This document shows positions 50,072-63,936 of a stretch of DNA of 64,000 nt, piece after piece. The notes beneath the pieces were generated by a model, which saw nothing but the letters and a program-made list of their open reading frames with translations, was not told where the DNA came from and did not search any database. The number at the start of each line of letters is the position of its first letter. Position 1 is the stretch's first letter. Source of the DNA: Schmidtea polychroa (taxonomy: Eukaryota); contig CM097885.1 in assembly GCA_044892525.1 (NCBI GenBank), positions 62,001-126,000 on the forward strand, written 5' to 3'. Made by a program: the position numbers and the translations under genes.

Positions 50072-51179
50072 ATTAATTTCATCAATAAATAGTCACACAT
50101 TAACAACTTATTTTATATTGAGTATAGCTTAGTGGTAATAGCACTCGACTGCATTGCCAATACCAATGGGTTCAAATCTCATTTCGGTTATTTTTTTTCA
50201 AATTTTTTTTTAACGAAATATTGAACAGCATACTCGATTTAGTACTTGTACAAATTTTTAAGGAGATTGGTCAACGGCAACTCTTGGAAATTTAAGATCA
50301 AAAACGTTTTAACTTAAGCTACCAAAAATTAATATATCCAATAAAAAAATATTTATAAAAATGGATGAGTTAAAAGAAAGAATGAGAAATGAATTGAATG
50401 AAGTTAAACATAAGAGAATGAAAAGAAGAGAAGAAGAACCATTAGAATACATCTAAGAGTTGATGGTAGATAATGAAAAGTATCGACATTTTTATATGAA
50501 GGCTGTAGATGTTGCTGATATAAGATTGAAGAAAATGAAACAATTACAGGAAAGAGTTAAAGAACTTGAATCGATTATTTATAGTCTAAAAAATAACAAA
50601 AATCCAATCCTAGATAGCGCAGTGGGCTAGACCGGCACAGTGGTTCAAATGGATAGCGGTTCAAATCCTAACTGTGGTTAGTTTATTTTTCAACATAAAA
50701 TAATATTAAAAATTTGAAAATAATAGTGTGGGTATCTTAGATTTATATTTTATTTTATTTATTTTTATTTTATTTTATTTTATTTTATTTATTTTATTTA
50801 TTATTTTATTTTTTAAACATAAATATGAAAAAATAAATATTGAAACGGGTGATGGTGGCGAACCGGTAATTATCGCCACCTGTCTTTCGAACACCCCCGG
50901 ATCGATCCCGGTAATGTGCACATTTATTTCTCAGTTGTTTTCGGACCTCTTTCGGATTCGCTTTCGAATTCATTTGTACTTTCGAGCAGCACGCTTAAAA
51001 CGCCGTTGAAATCGACTTCGTGAGCGAGAAGCGAATAATAAGGTGTGCTGCTATTATCGGATTGATTCTGATGTATGAGTCTGGCCAGCTTGTATATTGG
51101 AAGAGATTCGATAAACGAAAGAGGTTGATAAATAAAAAAAATGATCCGGATCAAAAAAAACTGTTCAGAAGACAGTGAA

Positions 51180-51517
51180 AAAAAAAAAATACCACTGTCC
51201 CCACAGAGCAGTTTTACTATTTTTCATTTATTTTTTAATTTATATAATTTAAAATCAATAATCTGATAAAGATCAAATAGCCCTCTACCTTTTTCATAAT
51301 GCCATTTTCTTTTCTATTCTCTTTTTAGTTTGAAGCTTTTGAGTTTGAGGCTTTAAAGATTAAAACAGTTAGAGTCATTAAGGGTGGTTGTTTTCAAAAT
51401 ATAGGGTTAAAATACTATAAAAGTATAAGTTTTAGGTTATTTTTCTAATAGCTTAAGTGATTTGAAGGCATGTTTTTGTTGGGGGGCTGTTTTGGTTGGG
51501 TATATAACCACACTACT
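51180..51517. repeat. Right terminal inverted repeat of Polinton A (at least ~340 bp)
   Basis: Slightly diverged counterpart at 58475-58810; both end in CCACACTACT. Confidence 0.8.
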
Positions 51518-52197
51518 CATTATATAAGGTTTATATTTTCAAATTATGTAAATAAAAGTGTATTTTTATCAAAAAGGTAAGTTAAAGCTTATAATTTTAA
51601 ATAAAGTAAATTAAAGAATATGTTTGGTAAACAATGGCTATATTTTAAAATTAAGTAAATTAAGGGATAAATCTATAAATTAAGTATATAACTGGCTATA
51701 TTTTAAAATAAAGTAAACAAGGGTTACTTTTTCAAAATTAAGGGATAAATTTACTAATATGGTAAATTAAAGGCTAAATATTTGAATTAAGTAAGGTAAG
51801 GGTTATATTTTAAAATTAAGAAACGTTTAGGCTGTATTTTAAACCGGAGGTTCGTGCTCCCGTGGGTCACTGACTACGTACTCTGTAATTTCCAAATTTT
51901 ACATTTTGAATTTCTAATGAGTTTTTAGTTTGATTTTAGTTGAACTTCATTTGATCTTAGACCATTTATTGTTAGAAGAACCCTCAATGTTCATAAAAAT
52001 AATTAGGTTTCGGGACTTTCATTATCGTAAAACATAGTTGTTCGTAAATATTTAGTCATTTGTGGAAGTAAAATAAATTTAAAGTAAAATTTAAAAAATG
52101 ACTAAAATAACCAATAAAATCATTGTTAAATATAATTAATTACATATTTATTACTATTTATACTATATAAAATCAAATTCTTAACCAAACGATAACA

Positions 52198-52776
52198 ATG
52201 ACAACCAGAAAACCTTCAGGATCAAAATCTGCATATATTTGCTTTATGCAGTCATTCAGAGAAAAATATAAAATCAAATACCCAAATATCAAACCAAATT
52301 TTGTTGAAATTTCGAAGCTCGCTGCAGAAAAGTGGAAGAAAAAACCAGAAATTAAAAAGGCGAAGTTCCGTGAGTTGGCAGTAATTGACAAGAAACGTCA
52401 CGATGACGAAATGGTTAATTACAAACCGAGTGAAGCAGACATTAAAAAGAAGGAAGAGAAGAAAAAAGCAAAACGAGCAGCAAAAGATCCAAGAAAACCA
52501 AAACAGCCAGTGAGCGCTTTTCTGTTTTTCTGTGCTAAATTTAGAACTTCCGTTAAAAAGTCAAAACCAAATTTTAAAATTGTTGATGTTTCCAGAGAAC
52601 TGGGTAAAATGTGGAAAGAATGCAAGGAAAGAGATGAATATGAAAATATGGCTAAAATAGCAAAGGCAGAATATGAAAAAGAAATGAAAATATATAATGA
52701 CATTATAAAAAGAGATTTAATTAAAATTGAAGATTGTGTAAAAAAGGAATTTGTAGAGAATACAATTTCTGATTGA
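52198..52776 (+). CDS. HMGB-like protein, two HMG boxes, no acidic tail, intronless
   Basis: KPSGSKSAYICF...EISKLAAEKWK and KDPRKPKQPVSAFLFF...VSRELGKMWK. Confidence 0.92.
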   Translation: MTTRKPSGSKSAYICFMQSFREKYKIKYPNIKPNFVEISKLAAEKWKKKPEIKKAKFRELAVIDKKRHDDEMVNYKPSEADIKKKEEKKKAKRAAKDPRKPKQPVSAFLFFCAKFRTSVKKSKPNFKIVDVSRELGKMWKECKERDEYENMAKIAKAEYEKEMKIYNDIIKRDLIKIEDCVKKEFVENTISD

Positions 52777-54338
52777 AAGTTTAATTAATTTATTTGTATT
52801 TATATGTTATTATATTTATAATAATAGTATAAAACTAAATATGATAAAATTATGTAATGTACTATGTATTGTTAAAACCATTTTAATGTTTTTATGTAAT
52901 GCGTAATTTTGTTTTCTTGTATATTTAAATTATTGTATTTTTATCAAATATAATAAAAAATAACAAATAAATCACTTTCTAATTTTAGACGTTATGTAAT
53001 TTGTTTACAGTATGATAGTATTATGATTTGTTTTCCGTGTTAGGCAAATTAATTAATTATAAATGAATTTTCAAAATTACTCAAAATTGCAAACATTATT
53101 TCAAAAGAAAAATGTTAGTTTCAATGTTATAATTATTAATATTTTCTCTCATTAATAAAAATAATAAAATTATTTTGAAAACAATTGCTATTTTCATTTA
53201 TATAAAACAGTAATTTTTTTAGTGTTTCACTTCAATATCAACTTTTCTTTCTTTATTGGATTTTGCTTGTTTTATTTTAAATTTATCTAAACTCTATTAC
53301 ATTGAATTTGTCTTGTCTTTTTTAACAATCAAAACAATGTTTTATTGTTGCTTAATTTGAGTTACTCAACTTTTTATGTATTCTTTCTGGCATATATATT
53401 TGTTAAGGAATAGGAATTTCGGTGAATATATAGAAGTTTTTGAAATTCACAAATTTTCGGAACTGCCTTTTTCAATGAATTTGAAATTCAGATACACCCC
53501 TATCAAGTGCTCCAGAAGCGTAATTGCTGTGCAATGAAAGATAAGAATGCTCAAGTGGGCCTAATGGTTTTTTTCTGACTATACTGAGGCGATCTCCTTG
53601 ATCTAAGGATTTTTTTCAAATTAAAATCCAATTATCTCTATCGTAGACTCAATTTAGTCATTATATAAGGTTTATATTTTCAAATTATGTAAATAAAAGT
53701 GTATTTTTATCAAAAAGGTAAGTTAAAGCTTATAATTTTAAATAAAGTAAATTAAAGAATATGTTTGGTAAACAATGGCTATATTTTAAAATTAAGTAAA
53801 TTAAGAGATAAATCTATAAATTAAGTATATAACTGGCTATATTTTAAAATAAAGTAAACAAGGGTTACTTTTTCAAAATTAAGGGATAAATTTACTAATA
53901 TGGTAAATTAAAGGCTAAATATTTGAATTAAGTAAGGTAAGGGTTATATTTTAAAATTAAGAAACGTTTAGGCTGTATTTTAAACCGGAGGTTCGTGCTC
54001 CCGTGGGTCACTGACTACGTACTCTGTAATTTCCAAATTTTACATTTTGAATTTCTAATGAGTTTTTAGTTTGATTTTAGTTGAACTTCATTTGATCTTA
54101 GACCATTTATTGTTAGAAGAACCCTCAATGTTCATAAAAATAATTAGGTTTCGGGACTTTCATTATCGTAAAACATAGTTGTTCGTAAATATTTAGTCAT
54201 TTGTGGAAGTAAAATAAATTTAAAGTAAAATTTAAAAAATGACTAAAATAACCAATAAAATCATTGTTAAATATAATTAATTACATATTTATTACTATTT
54301 ATACTATATAAAATCAAATTCTTAACCAAACGATAACA

Positions 54339-54917
54339 ATGACAACCAGAAAACCTTCAGGATCAAAATCTGCATATATTTGCTTTATGCAGTCATTCAG
54401 AGAAAAATATAAAATCAAATACCCAAATATCAAACCAAATTTTGTTGAAATTTCGAAGCTCGCTGCAGAAAAGTGGAAGAAAAAACCAGAAATTAAAAAG
54501 GCGAAGTTCCGTGAGTTGGCAGTAATTGACAAGAAACGTCACGATGACGAAATGGTTAATTACAAACCGAGTGAAGCAGACATTAAAAAGAAGGAAGAGA
54601 AGAAAAAAGCAAAACGAGCAGCAAAAGATCCAAGAAAACCAAAACAGCCAGTGAGCGCTTTTCTGTTTTTCTGTGCTAAATTTAGAACTTCCGTTAAAAA
54701 GTCAAAACCAAATTTTAAAATTGTTGATGTTTCCAGAGAACTGGGTAAAATGTGGAAAGAATGCAAGGAAAGAGATGAATATGAAAATATGGCTAAAATA
54801 GCAAAGGCAGAATATGAAAAAGAAATGAAAATATATAATGACATTATAAAAAGAGATTTAATTAAAATTGAAGATTGTGTAAAAAAGGAATTTGTAGAGA
54901 ATACAATTTCTGATTGA
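54339..54917 (+). CDS. HMGB-like protein, copy 2
   Basis: Translation identical to copy 1. Confidence 0.92.
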   Translation: MTTRKPSGSKSAYICFMQSFREKYKIKYPNIKPNFVEISKLAAEKWKKKPEIKKAKFRELAVIDKKRHDDEMVNYKPSEADIKKKEEKKKAKRAAKDPRKPKQPVSAFLFFCAKFRTSVKKSKPNFKIVDVSRELGKMWKECKERDEYENMAKIAKAEYEKEMKIYNDIIKRDLIKIEDCVKKEFVENTISD

Positions 54918-56479
54918 AAGTTTAATTAATTTATTTGTATATATATGTTATTATATTTATAATAATAGTATAAAACTAAATATGATAAAATAATGTAATG
55001 TACTATGTATTGTTAAAACCATTTTAATGTTTTTATGTAATGCGTAATTTTGTTTTCTTGTATATTTAAATTATTGTATTTTTATCAAATATAATAAAAA
55101 ATAACAAATAAATCACTTTCTAATTTTAGACGTTATGTAATTTGTTTACAGTATGATAGTATTATGATTTGTTTTCCGTGTTAGGCAAATTAATTAATTA
55201 TAAATGAATTTTCAAAATTACTCAAAATTGCAAACATTATTTCAAAAGAAAAATGTTAGTTTCAATGTTATAATTATTAATATTTTCTCTCATTAATAAA
55301 AATAATAAAATTATTTTGAAAACAATTGCTATTTTCTTTTATATAAAACAGTAATTTTTTTAGTGTTTCACTTCAATATCAACTTTTCTTTCTTTATTGG
55401 ATTTTGCTTGTTTTATTTTAAATTTATCTAAACTCTATTACATTGAATTTGTCTTGTCTTTTTTAACAATCAAAACAATGTTTTATTGTTGCTTAATTTG
55501 AGTTACTCAACTTTTTATGTATTCTTTCTGGCATATATATTTGTTAAGGAATAGGAATTTCGGTGAATATATAGAAGTTTTTGAAATTCACAAATTTTCG
55601 GAACTGCCTTTTTCAATGAATTTGAAATTCAGATACACCCCTATCAAGTGCTCCAGAAGCGTAATTGCTGTGCAATGAAAGATAAGAATGCTCAAGTAGG
55701 CCTAATGGTTTTTTTCTGACTATACTGAGGCGATCTCCTTGATCTAAGGATTTTTTTCAAATTAAAATCCAATTATCTCTATCGTAGACTCAATTTAGTC
55801 ATTATATAAGGTTTATATTTTCAAATTATGTAAATAAAAGTGTATTTTTATCAAAAAGGTAAGTTAAAGCTTATAATTTTAAATAAAGTAAATTAAAGAA
55901 TATGTTTGGTAAACAATGGCTATATTTTAAAATTAAGTAAATTAAGGGATAAATCTATAAATTAAGTATATAACTGGCTATATTTTAAAATTAAGTAAAC
56001 AAGGGTTACTTTTTCAAAATTAAGGGATAAATTTACTAATATGGTAAATTAAAGGCTAAATATTTGAATTAAGTAAGGTAAGGGTTATATTTTAAAATTA
56101 AGAAACGTTTAGGCTGTATTTTAAACCGGAGGTTCGTGCTCCCGTGGGTCACTGACTACGTACTCTGTAATTTCCAAATTTTACATTTTGAATTTCTAAT
56201 GAGTTTTTAGTTTGATTTTAGTTGAACTTCATTTGATCTTAGACCATTTATTGTTAGAAGAACCCTCAATGTTCATAAAAATAATTAGGTTTCGGGACTT
56301 TCATTATCGTAAAACATAGTTGTTCGTAAATATTTAGTCATTTGTGGAAGTAAAATAAATTTAAAGTAAAATTTAAAAAATGACTAAAATAACCAATAAA
56401 ATCATTGTTAAATATAATTAATTACATATTTATTACTATTTATACTATATAAAATCAAATTCTTAACCAAACGATAACA

Positions 56480-57058
56480 ATGACAACCAGAAAACCTTCA
56501 GGATCAAAATCTGCATATATTTGCTTTATGCAGTCATTCAGAGAAAAATATAAAATCAAATACCCAAATATCAAACCAAATTTTGTTGAAATTTCGAAGC
56601 TCGCTGCAGAAAAGTGGAAGAAAAAACCAGAAATTAAAAAGGCGAAGTTCCGTGAGTTGGCAGTAATTGACAAGAAACGTCACGATGACGAAATGGTTAA
56701 TTACAAACCGAGTGAAGCAGACATTAAAAAGAAGGAAGAGAAGAAAAAAGCAAAACGAGCAGCAAAAGATCCAAGAAAACCAAAACAGCCAGTGAGCGCT
56801 TTTCTGTTTTTCTGTGCTAAATTTAGAACTTCCGTTAAAAAGTCAAAACCAAATTTTAAAATTGTTGATGTTTCCAGAGAACTGGGTAAAATGTGGAAAG
56901 AATGCAAGGAAAGAGATGAATATGAAAATATGGCTAAATTGGCAAAGGCAGAATATGAAAAAGAAATGAAAATATATAATGACATTATAAAAAGAGATTT
57001 AATTAAAATTGAAGATTGTGTAAAAAAGGAATTTGTAGAGAATACAATTTCTGATTGA
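56480..57058 (+). CDS. HMGB-like protein, copy 3
   Basis: One Ile-to-Leu change (MAKLAK). Confidence 0.92.
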   Translation: MTTRKPSGSKSAYICFMQSFREKYKIKYPNIKPNFVEISKLAAEKWKKKPEIKKAKFRELAVIDKKRHDDEMVNYKPSEADIKKKEEKKKAKRAAKDPRKPKQPVSAFLFFCAKFRTSVKKSKPNFKIVDVSRELGKMWKECKERDEYENMAKLAKAEYEKEMKIYNDIIKRDLIKIEDCVKKEFVENTISD

Positions 57059-58474
57059 AAGTTTAATTAATTTATTTGTATTTATATGTTATTATATTTA
57101 TAATAATAGTATAAAACTAAATATGATAAAATAATGTAATGTACTATGTATTGTTAAAACCATTTTAATGTTTTTATGTAATGCGTAATTTTGTTTTCTT
57201 GTATATTTAAATTATTGTATTTTTATCAAATATAATAAAAAATAACAAATAAATCACTTTCTAATTTTAGACGTTATGTAATTTGTTTACAGTATGATAG
57301 TATTATGATTTGTTTTCCGTGTTAGGCAAATTAATTAATTATAAATGAATTTTCAAAATTACTCAAAATTGCAAACATTATTTCAAAAGAAAAATGTTAG
57401 TTTCAATGTTATAATTATTAATATTTTCTCTCATTAATAAAAATAATAAAATTATTTTGAAAACAATTGCTATTTTCTTTTATATAAAACAGTAATTTTT
57501 TTAGTGTTTCACTTCAATATCAACTTTTCTTTCTTTATTGGATTTTGCTTGTTTTATTTTAAATTTATCTAAACTCTATTACATTGAATTTGTCTTGTCT
57601 TTTTTAACAATCAAAACAATGTTTTATTGTTGCTTAATTTGAGTTACTCAACTTTTTATGTATTCTTTCTGGCATATATATTTGTTAAGGAATAGGAATT
57701 TCGGTGAATATATAGAAGTTTTTGAAATTCACAAATTTTCGGAACTGCCTTTTTCAATGAATTTGAAATTCAGATACACCCCTATCAAGTGCTCCAGAAG
57801 CGTAATTGCTGTGCAATGAAAGATAAGAATGCTCAAGTAGGCCTAATGGTTTTTTTCTGACTATAATGAGGCGATCTCCTTGATCTAAGGATTTTTTTCA
57901 AATTAAAATCCAATTATCTCTATCGTAGACTCAATTTAGTCATTATATAAGGTTTATATTTTCAAATTATGTAAATAAAAGTGTATTTTTATCAAAAAGG
58001 TAAGTTAAAGCTTATAATTTTAAATAAAGTAAATTAAAGAATATGTTTGGTAAACAATGGCTATATTTTAAAATTAAGTAAATTAAGGGATAAATCTATA
58101 AATTAAGTATATAACTGGCTATATTTTAAAATTAAGTAAACAAGGGTTACTTTTTCAAAATTAAGGGATAAATTTACTAATATGGTAAATTAAAGGCTAA
58201 ATATTTGAATTAAGTAAGGTAAGGGTTATATTTTAAAATTAAGAAACGTTTAGGCTGTATTTTAAACCGGAGGTTCGTGCTCCCGTGGGTCACTGACTAC
58301 GTACTCTGTAATTTCCAAATTTTACATTTTGAATTTCTAATGAGTTTTTAGTTTGATTTTAGTTGAACTTCATTTGATCTTAGACCATTTATTGTTAGAA
58401 GAACCCTCAATGTTCATAAAAATAATTAGGTTTCGGGACTTTCATTATCGTTAAACATAGTTGTTCGTAAATAT

Positions 58475-58810
58475 AAAAAAAATACCACTGTCCCCTCAGA
58501 GCAGTTTTACTATTTTTCATTTATTTTTTAATTTATATAATTTAAAATCAATAATCTGATAAAGATCAAATAGCCCTCTAACTTTTTCATAATGCCATTT
58601 TCTTTTCTATTCTCTTTTTAGTTTGAAGCTTTTGAGTTTGAGGCTTTAAAGATTAAAACAGTTAGAGTCATTAAGGGTGGTTGTTTTCAAAATATAGGGT
58701 TGAAATACTATAAAAGTATAAGTTTTAGGTTGTTTTTCTAATAGCTTAGGTTATTTGGAGGCATGTTTTTGTTGGGGGGCTGTTTTGGTTGGGTATATAA
58801 CCACACTACT
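58475..58810. mobile_element. Second terminus of Polinton A (inverted left-junction fragment)
   Basis: TIR copy ending CTACT, followed by ATAATG (reverse complement of CATTAT). Confidence 0.8.
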
Positions 58811-59469
58811 ATAATGACTAAATTGAGTCTACGATAGAGATAATTGGATTTTAATTTGAAAAAAATCCTTAGATCAAGGAGATCGCCTCAGTATAGTCAG
58901 AAAAAAACCATTAGGCCCACTTGAGCATTCTTATCTTTCATTGCACAGCAATTACGCTTCTGGAGCACTTGATAGGGGTGTATCTGAATTTCAAATTCAT
59001 TGAAAAAGGCAGTTCCGAAAATTTGTGAATTTCAAAAACTTCTATATATTCACCGAAATTCCTATTCCTTAACAAATATATATGCCAGAAAGAATACATA
59101 AAAAGTTGAGTAACTCAAATTAAGCAACAATAAAACATTGTTTTGATTGTTAAAAAAGACAAGACAAATTCAATGTAATAGAGTTTAGATAAATTTAAAA
59201 TAAAACAAGCAAAATCCAATAAAGAAAGAAAAGTTGATATTGAAGTGAAACACTAAAAAAATTACTGTTTTATATAAAAGAAAATAGCAATTGTTTTCAA
59301 AATAATTTTATTATTTTTATTAATGAGAGAAAATATTAATAATTATAACATTGAAACTAACATTTTTCTTTTGAAATAATGTTTGCAATTTTGAGTAATT
59401 TTGAAAATTCATTTATAATTAATTAATTTGCCTAACACGGAAAACAAATCATAATACTATCATACTGTA
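58811..59469 (-). repeat. Inverted part of the HMG-array spacer
   Basis: Reverse complement of ~53006-53664. Confidence 0.88.
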
Positions 59470-59875
59470 AGTAGGGTATTGTGTCGAGCTGGGAACAAAG
59501 ACATATGACGTCATCGATGACGCCACAAAGACATATGACGTCATACCCCCTACCCCCGGGGGAGGGTTTTTTTTTTAATTTTTTAAAATTTTTTTTAATA
59601 TATTACGTTGCGGTATTTTAATATAATACGTTGCGGTATTTTAAAATTTATTATATTTTAATTTATAAATATATTACGTTGAGGTATTTTAAAATTTTAA
59701 AACTTATTTTGACGGTTAAGTTGACAAAATAAAATTATTATTACACACAATGTATATATAGTCTATCAGACAAGATATTCTGTCCCCCTATGGTCACACA
59801 CACACACAATGTATAAAAATATTATTAGTGTCCACACACGCAACAAGTTAGTGTTCTCATCGATAGCTATTGATA

Positions 59876-60254
<379 letters not shown>

Positions 60255-60535
60255 GTATTAATCTATATACTCCGAGTCTATCCGACAAAATATTCTGTCC
60301 CCCTATGGGTACTGCTCACAAGGTAAAGGTCACAAAGGTAAAGGTCACAAATGTACTGCTAAAAATATTCAAGACAAAACTTTAAGAAATTATACTTTAA
60401 ATATACACTAAAATTTATTAACACACTGGGTAAAGGTCATAAAGGTACTTAATGTACTGTTAAAACTATTCAAAACAAAACTTTAACATATTATTATTAC
60501 ACACAATGTATAAAAAATTGTTCACAAAGTTAGTG

Positions 60536-63500
60536 TTAAAAAATATTCAAGACAATAAGATCAATACATTTATTAAATAATTTAACCACATCATCGAAAA
60601 TAATCATGTCCAAATAATTATCATCTGCTGGATCAAGGAAATCATCTGTATCATCTGCTGTGATAGCTTCCGTTGAATCTATAAATATATCGGTGTCACC
60701 GCCCCTATAATGTACATTTTTATCCACCCAATTTCGCTTATCATCTCTACACGTCAATGCTCTTTTATTATTTTTAATACTAAAAAGTTGGTGATTTTTT
60801 GACGTTATTCTAAACTGAGGGACTGTGTATATTTTATCATTTAAATAACAATCTAGATACGACTGATGTGTTAGTCCAGTATCTTTCATACTTATCCCCT
60901 TAGCCTTCATACTTTCCTCATCACCCATCAAACTGTAACATTTAGGTCTCAAGAACACCCAATCTTTATATATTAACCCTTTATTCTCGTCTTTGAATTT
61001 ACCAATAACAGAATCAAGGTTCCTACTATATAAAGGATGATTTGGGTCATAATTCGAAGTATCTAATAATTGATCTCTAATCATCCCAGGTAAAAGAATG
61101 TCAAGACTACAATGTTTAATTTCCAAGAAGAAGGAATCTGTGTCCCCAGCAACGATATTAATTTCGCAGTTGAATTCGTCGCGATATTTTTGCAACTCTT
61201 CATACTGCAGCTGGTACATCCTGAGTTTGGATAATCTAGTACAGTTTGACCAATGTAACTAGGTCTATTCAAACACACTATGTGCTACCTCAATAGAACC
61301 GAAATCAAGTCATCATCGATTTTCGTGGATTTACGAAAAGTCGGTTTCGAACAGAATGTTAATAATCTCTGTGAAGAATTACACAGACGTAAATTAATAC
61401 GTTTTTTAAGATTTTCAACAGTCTTGCCGTAAAGACTGTTGTTTAATAATTTATAAAAAATTTTATCGAGTTTATTTGTCGACGCTGCTCGTAACGCCGT
61501 ATTTGTGTTAATATAATTTTTGAAAATTTTATCTTGTTTAAATTTAATTGCTCTATGTGTTTTTGATATTTTAACACCTAATTTAATAAATATTTGTAGA
61601 AGCCTCCAATGAAGAACGTAGTTCCTCTTGGGGCTGTGTGTAAGCAACAGCTTCTCTATTTTCGAACCCGGTACACACATCTTTTCAGCGGCAACGGGAA
61701 GATCGTCCAGTTTGTTGTGAATTGACGTCGGTATTTCTAAATCCACTTCTATGGTATAACCATAATCAAGCAGATCTAAATCTACCGTTGTGCATTCAAC
61801 AATTATATTATTTAATAAATTATTATCAGTAACCCATTCAAAGTCACTGCACGGTAATGGTTGACTTAAAGATCAACCGTATAAATTATTTATATCTATG
61901 TAAAGCAAAGCGGTATCCGGGTCTGTTTTTACATAATGTTTATTTACAAAAGTTAGTCCGCCACGGATACCGCCCTCGAAAAAGTTATACATCTCCATAT
62001 CGGTGAGGAGCTCAATTGGAGAGTTTAAAGTTAATAAGGCTGAATTCCAAGACATAACTGGAATCCCTAAGAAATTTAGTGGCTCTAGTCGGTTATGAGC
62101 AATGGACTTAGCTCTAAATTGCTGGAAAAAATCGGCTAAAAAGAAAACATCAAGTTTTAAATAAACCATCATGTAATCGAAAAGTGATGTACATGAAGTT
62201 TCAACCCAAATTTGCTGAGCTGTCTCATATTCAGCGGGAGTCACATCTTTCCAAATAGGAGGTAACTGACGAGTGTTATGTAAAACCTCTAATGAAGTTG
62301 CGGCATCATAAAGAAAAATTCCCTTTGCAGTTATTATTGTACCCTGAAATTCTGATTCGGTCAAGGGTAAAGATGATAAAGTTTTGACAGCATTGTTTAA
62401 AGACTCGCTGACAAATTGATAAGAGTCTATAAATTTAACAGTTAATGAGTCAATCCTAGCAAAAAGACTAAGGAATTTCTCGCTGGTTAAAGGAATACAA
62501 CTAATATTCCATGAATGATATTTTGAAAGGCCAAATTTCAAGATATGATGCAGATCATAACCCTTTAAATTATGAAATACTACATGAAGGGTATATCTAA
62601 TTTGCCTCGACAGATTACAAGTTGTACAAGCGGCACCAAGATATAGACCGATAAAATGATCATGGGCCCTAACTGGACTAACTAAAGGCTTATTGCACAA
62701 ATAACATGATGTGCTGTTTTCAAACATTAATTGTTGCTCATCTGTAATTATCATTTTCTTTTGATAATTTTTATAATAATAAAGAGTTACAATATATTTC
62801 CCTATCATTTCAATTTCAGTAAGAAATTGATCGACACAATCTAAACCGGTGAACGACTTATAAATTTTTACGCCCGTGAAATTATTAATAAAAAGCATAC
62901 CGGCAGAAATAGGCAGATGACGTTGAAAGTAGCGAGTGTCTTTAGGTAAGATAGTCTCAAAGTCAGCGTAAATAACAAAGGGAGGAGTGACTGTTTTACT
63001 CCAATCAGTAAATTCTAAATATTTATTTTTAGGCAATGTGTACAAGGTAGTACCAAGCTGATTTTTATCACAAAGACCCTTATGTCTATTAAAAGCGTCA
63101 TCATACCTAAAACCGTTTAAACATCTAGGGCACCACTGACTACAAATCCTAACAGGAGTGATTGAACTATTCCTACAATTAAGGAATCTATTTAGGTCTG
63201 TGATTCCAAGATAATGATAATTATCATTCTTTTCGATTAATAATAAATTGATAGGTATGGCTCCTACTATCTTACTCCTGTATATTATATCAATAAAGGG
63301 ATGTTTCATAACTGCATCTTCATCGGAAATGTCAATCAAAGCCTTTTCGTTATAAGTAAGAACAATAATACTATAACCCGGATTTTGTTGTTCAAATTTA
63401 CTTATATTTGATAGTTTCATCGGCATATCATTAGGATCAAATTTAATTTCAGAAAGATTGTATGAATTAGGGCGATTTCTATCTTGCCTATTTATACTAT

Positions 63501-63936
63501 CATATTTAATAATTGACAAGAAACTATACAAAAGGCAGAAGTGGTCATTAATAACTACATTAACGAGACAGCTTAAGTTTCTTAAAGATTTTGGGGTTTC
63601 AATAAAACTTCTACCACTTAACCGACTTATTTCAGCAAATTTAGTCAGAACAAAGCTTATGTATTCTATTTTATTGATAGTCCAATTACTACCTTTCTCA
63701 TTAATTTTAATTATTTTTTCATTTAAACGAGCAATACCTTCGTCAATGAATGTATCGCTCCAAACTCGGGTGGAATTCGAGATTACAAAAGATTGTAACT
63801 CATCATCTTTTATAAATTCCACCTTTAGACAAAATTGAATTTTACATGATTTTAATTTATTTACATATAAATTTAATTTATTTATTAAAATGTCTGGTAC
63901 AGAGACCGTTTTTAAATCTAAAGACGAAACGTCCAT
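60536..63936 (-). pseudogene. polB: Protein-primed PolB of element D, intronless, inactivated
   Basis: Homologous to C PolB throughout. TGA at 61875-61873 (NLYG*SLSQ), TAG at 61287-61285, 1-nt deletion near 61235; the C-terminal AYGHY motif appears partly deleted. Confidence 0.92.

Larger units (their letters stand above)
1..51517. mobile_element. Polinton/Maverick (adintovirus-type) element A, left part outside window, interrupted by nested elements; own sequence is 1-6847 plus 50072-51517 (1270 bp of it duplicated at 33656-34925)
   Basis: Capsid, penton, protease, ATPase and integrase gene block. Terminus ...TATATAACCACACTACT at 51517 (reverse complement AGTAGTGTGG) is followed by CATTAT. 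The ATTAAT duplication links 6847 to 33656/50072. Confidence 0.85.
51518..58474 (+). repeat. 2141-bp tandem array, three full units and a partial
   Basis: ORF starts at 52198, 54339 and 56480; spacers near-identical. Confidence 0.95.

Noticed and set aside
51843..51890. GC-richer patch in the HMG spacer as an RNA gene
   Set aside because: No A/B box pair or recognisable fold; possibly regulatory, but unsupported.
61873..61875. Alternative genetic code (TGA = Trp) to explain in-frame stops
   Set aside because: TGG encodes Trp throughout, the other lesions are TAA, TAG and frameshifts, and the HMG genes end in TGA.
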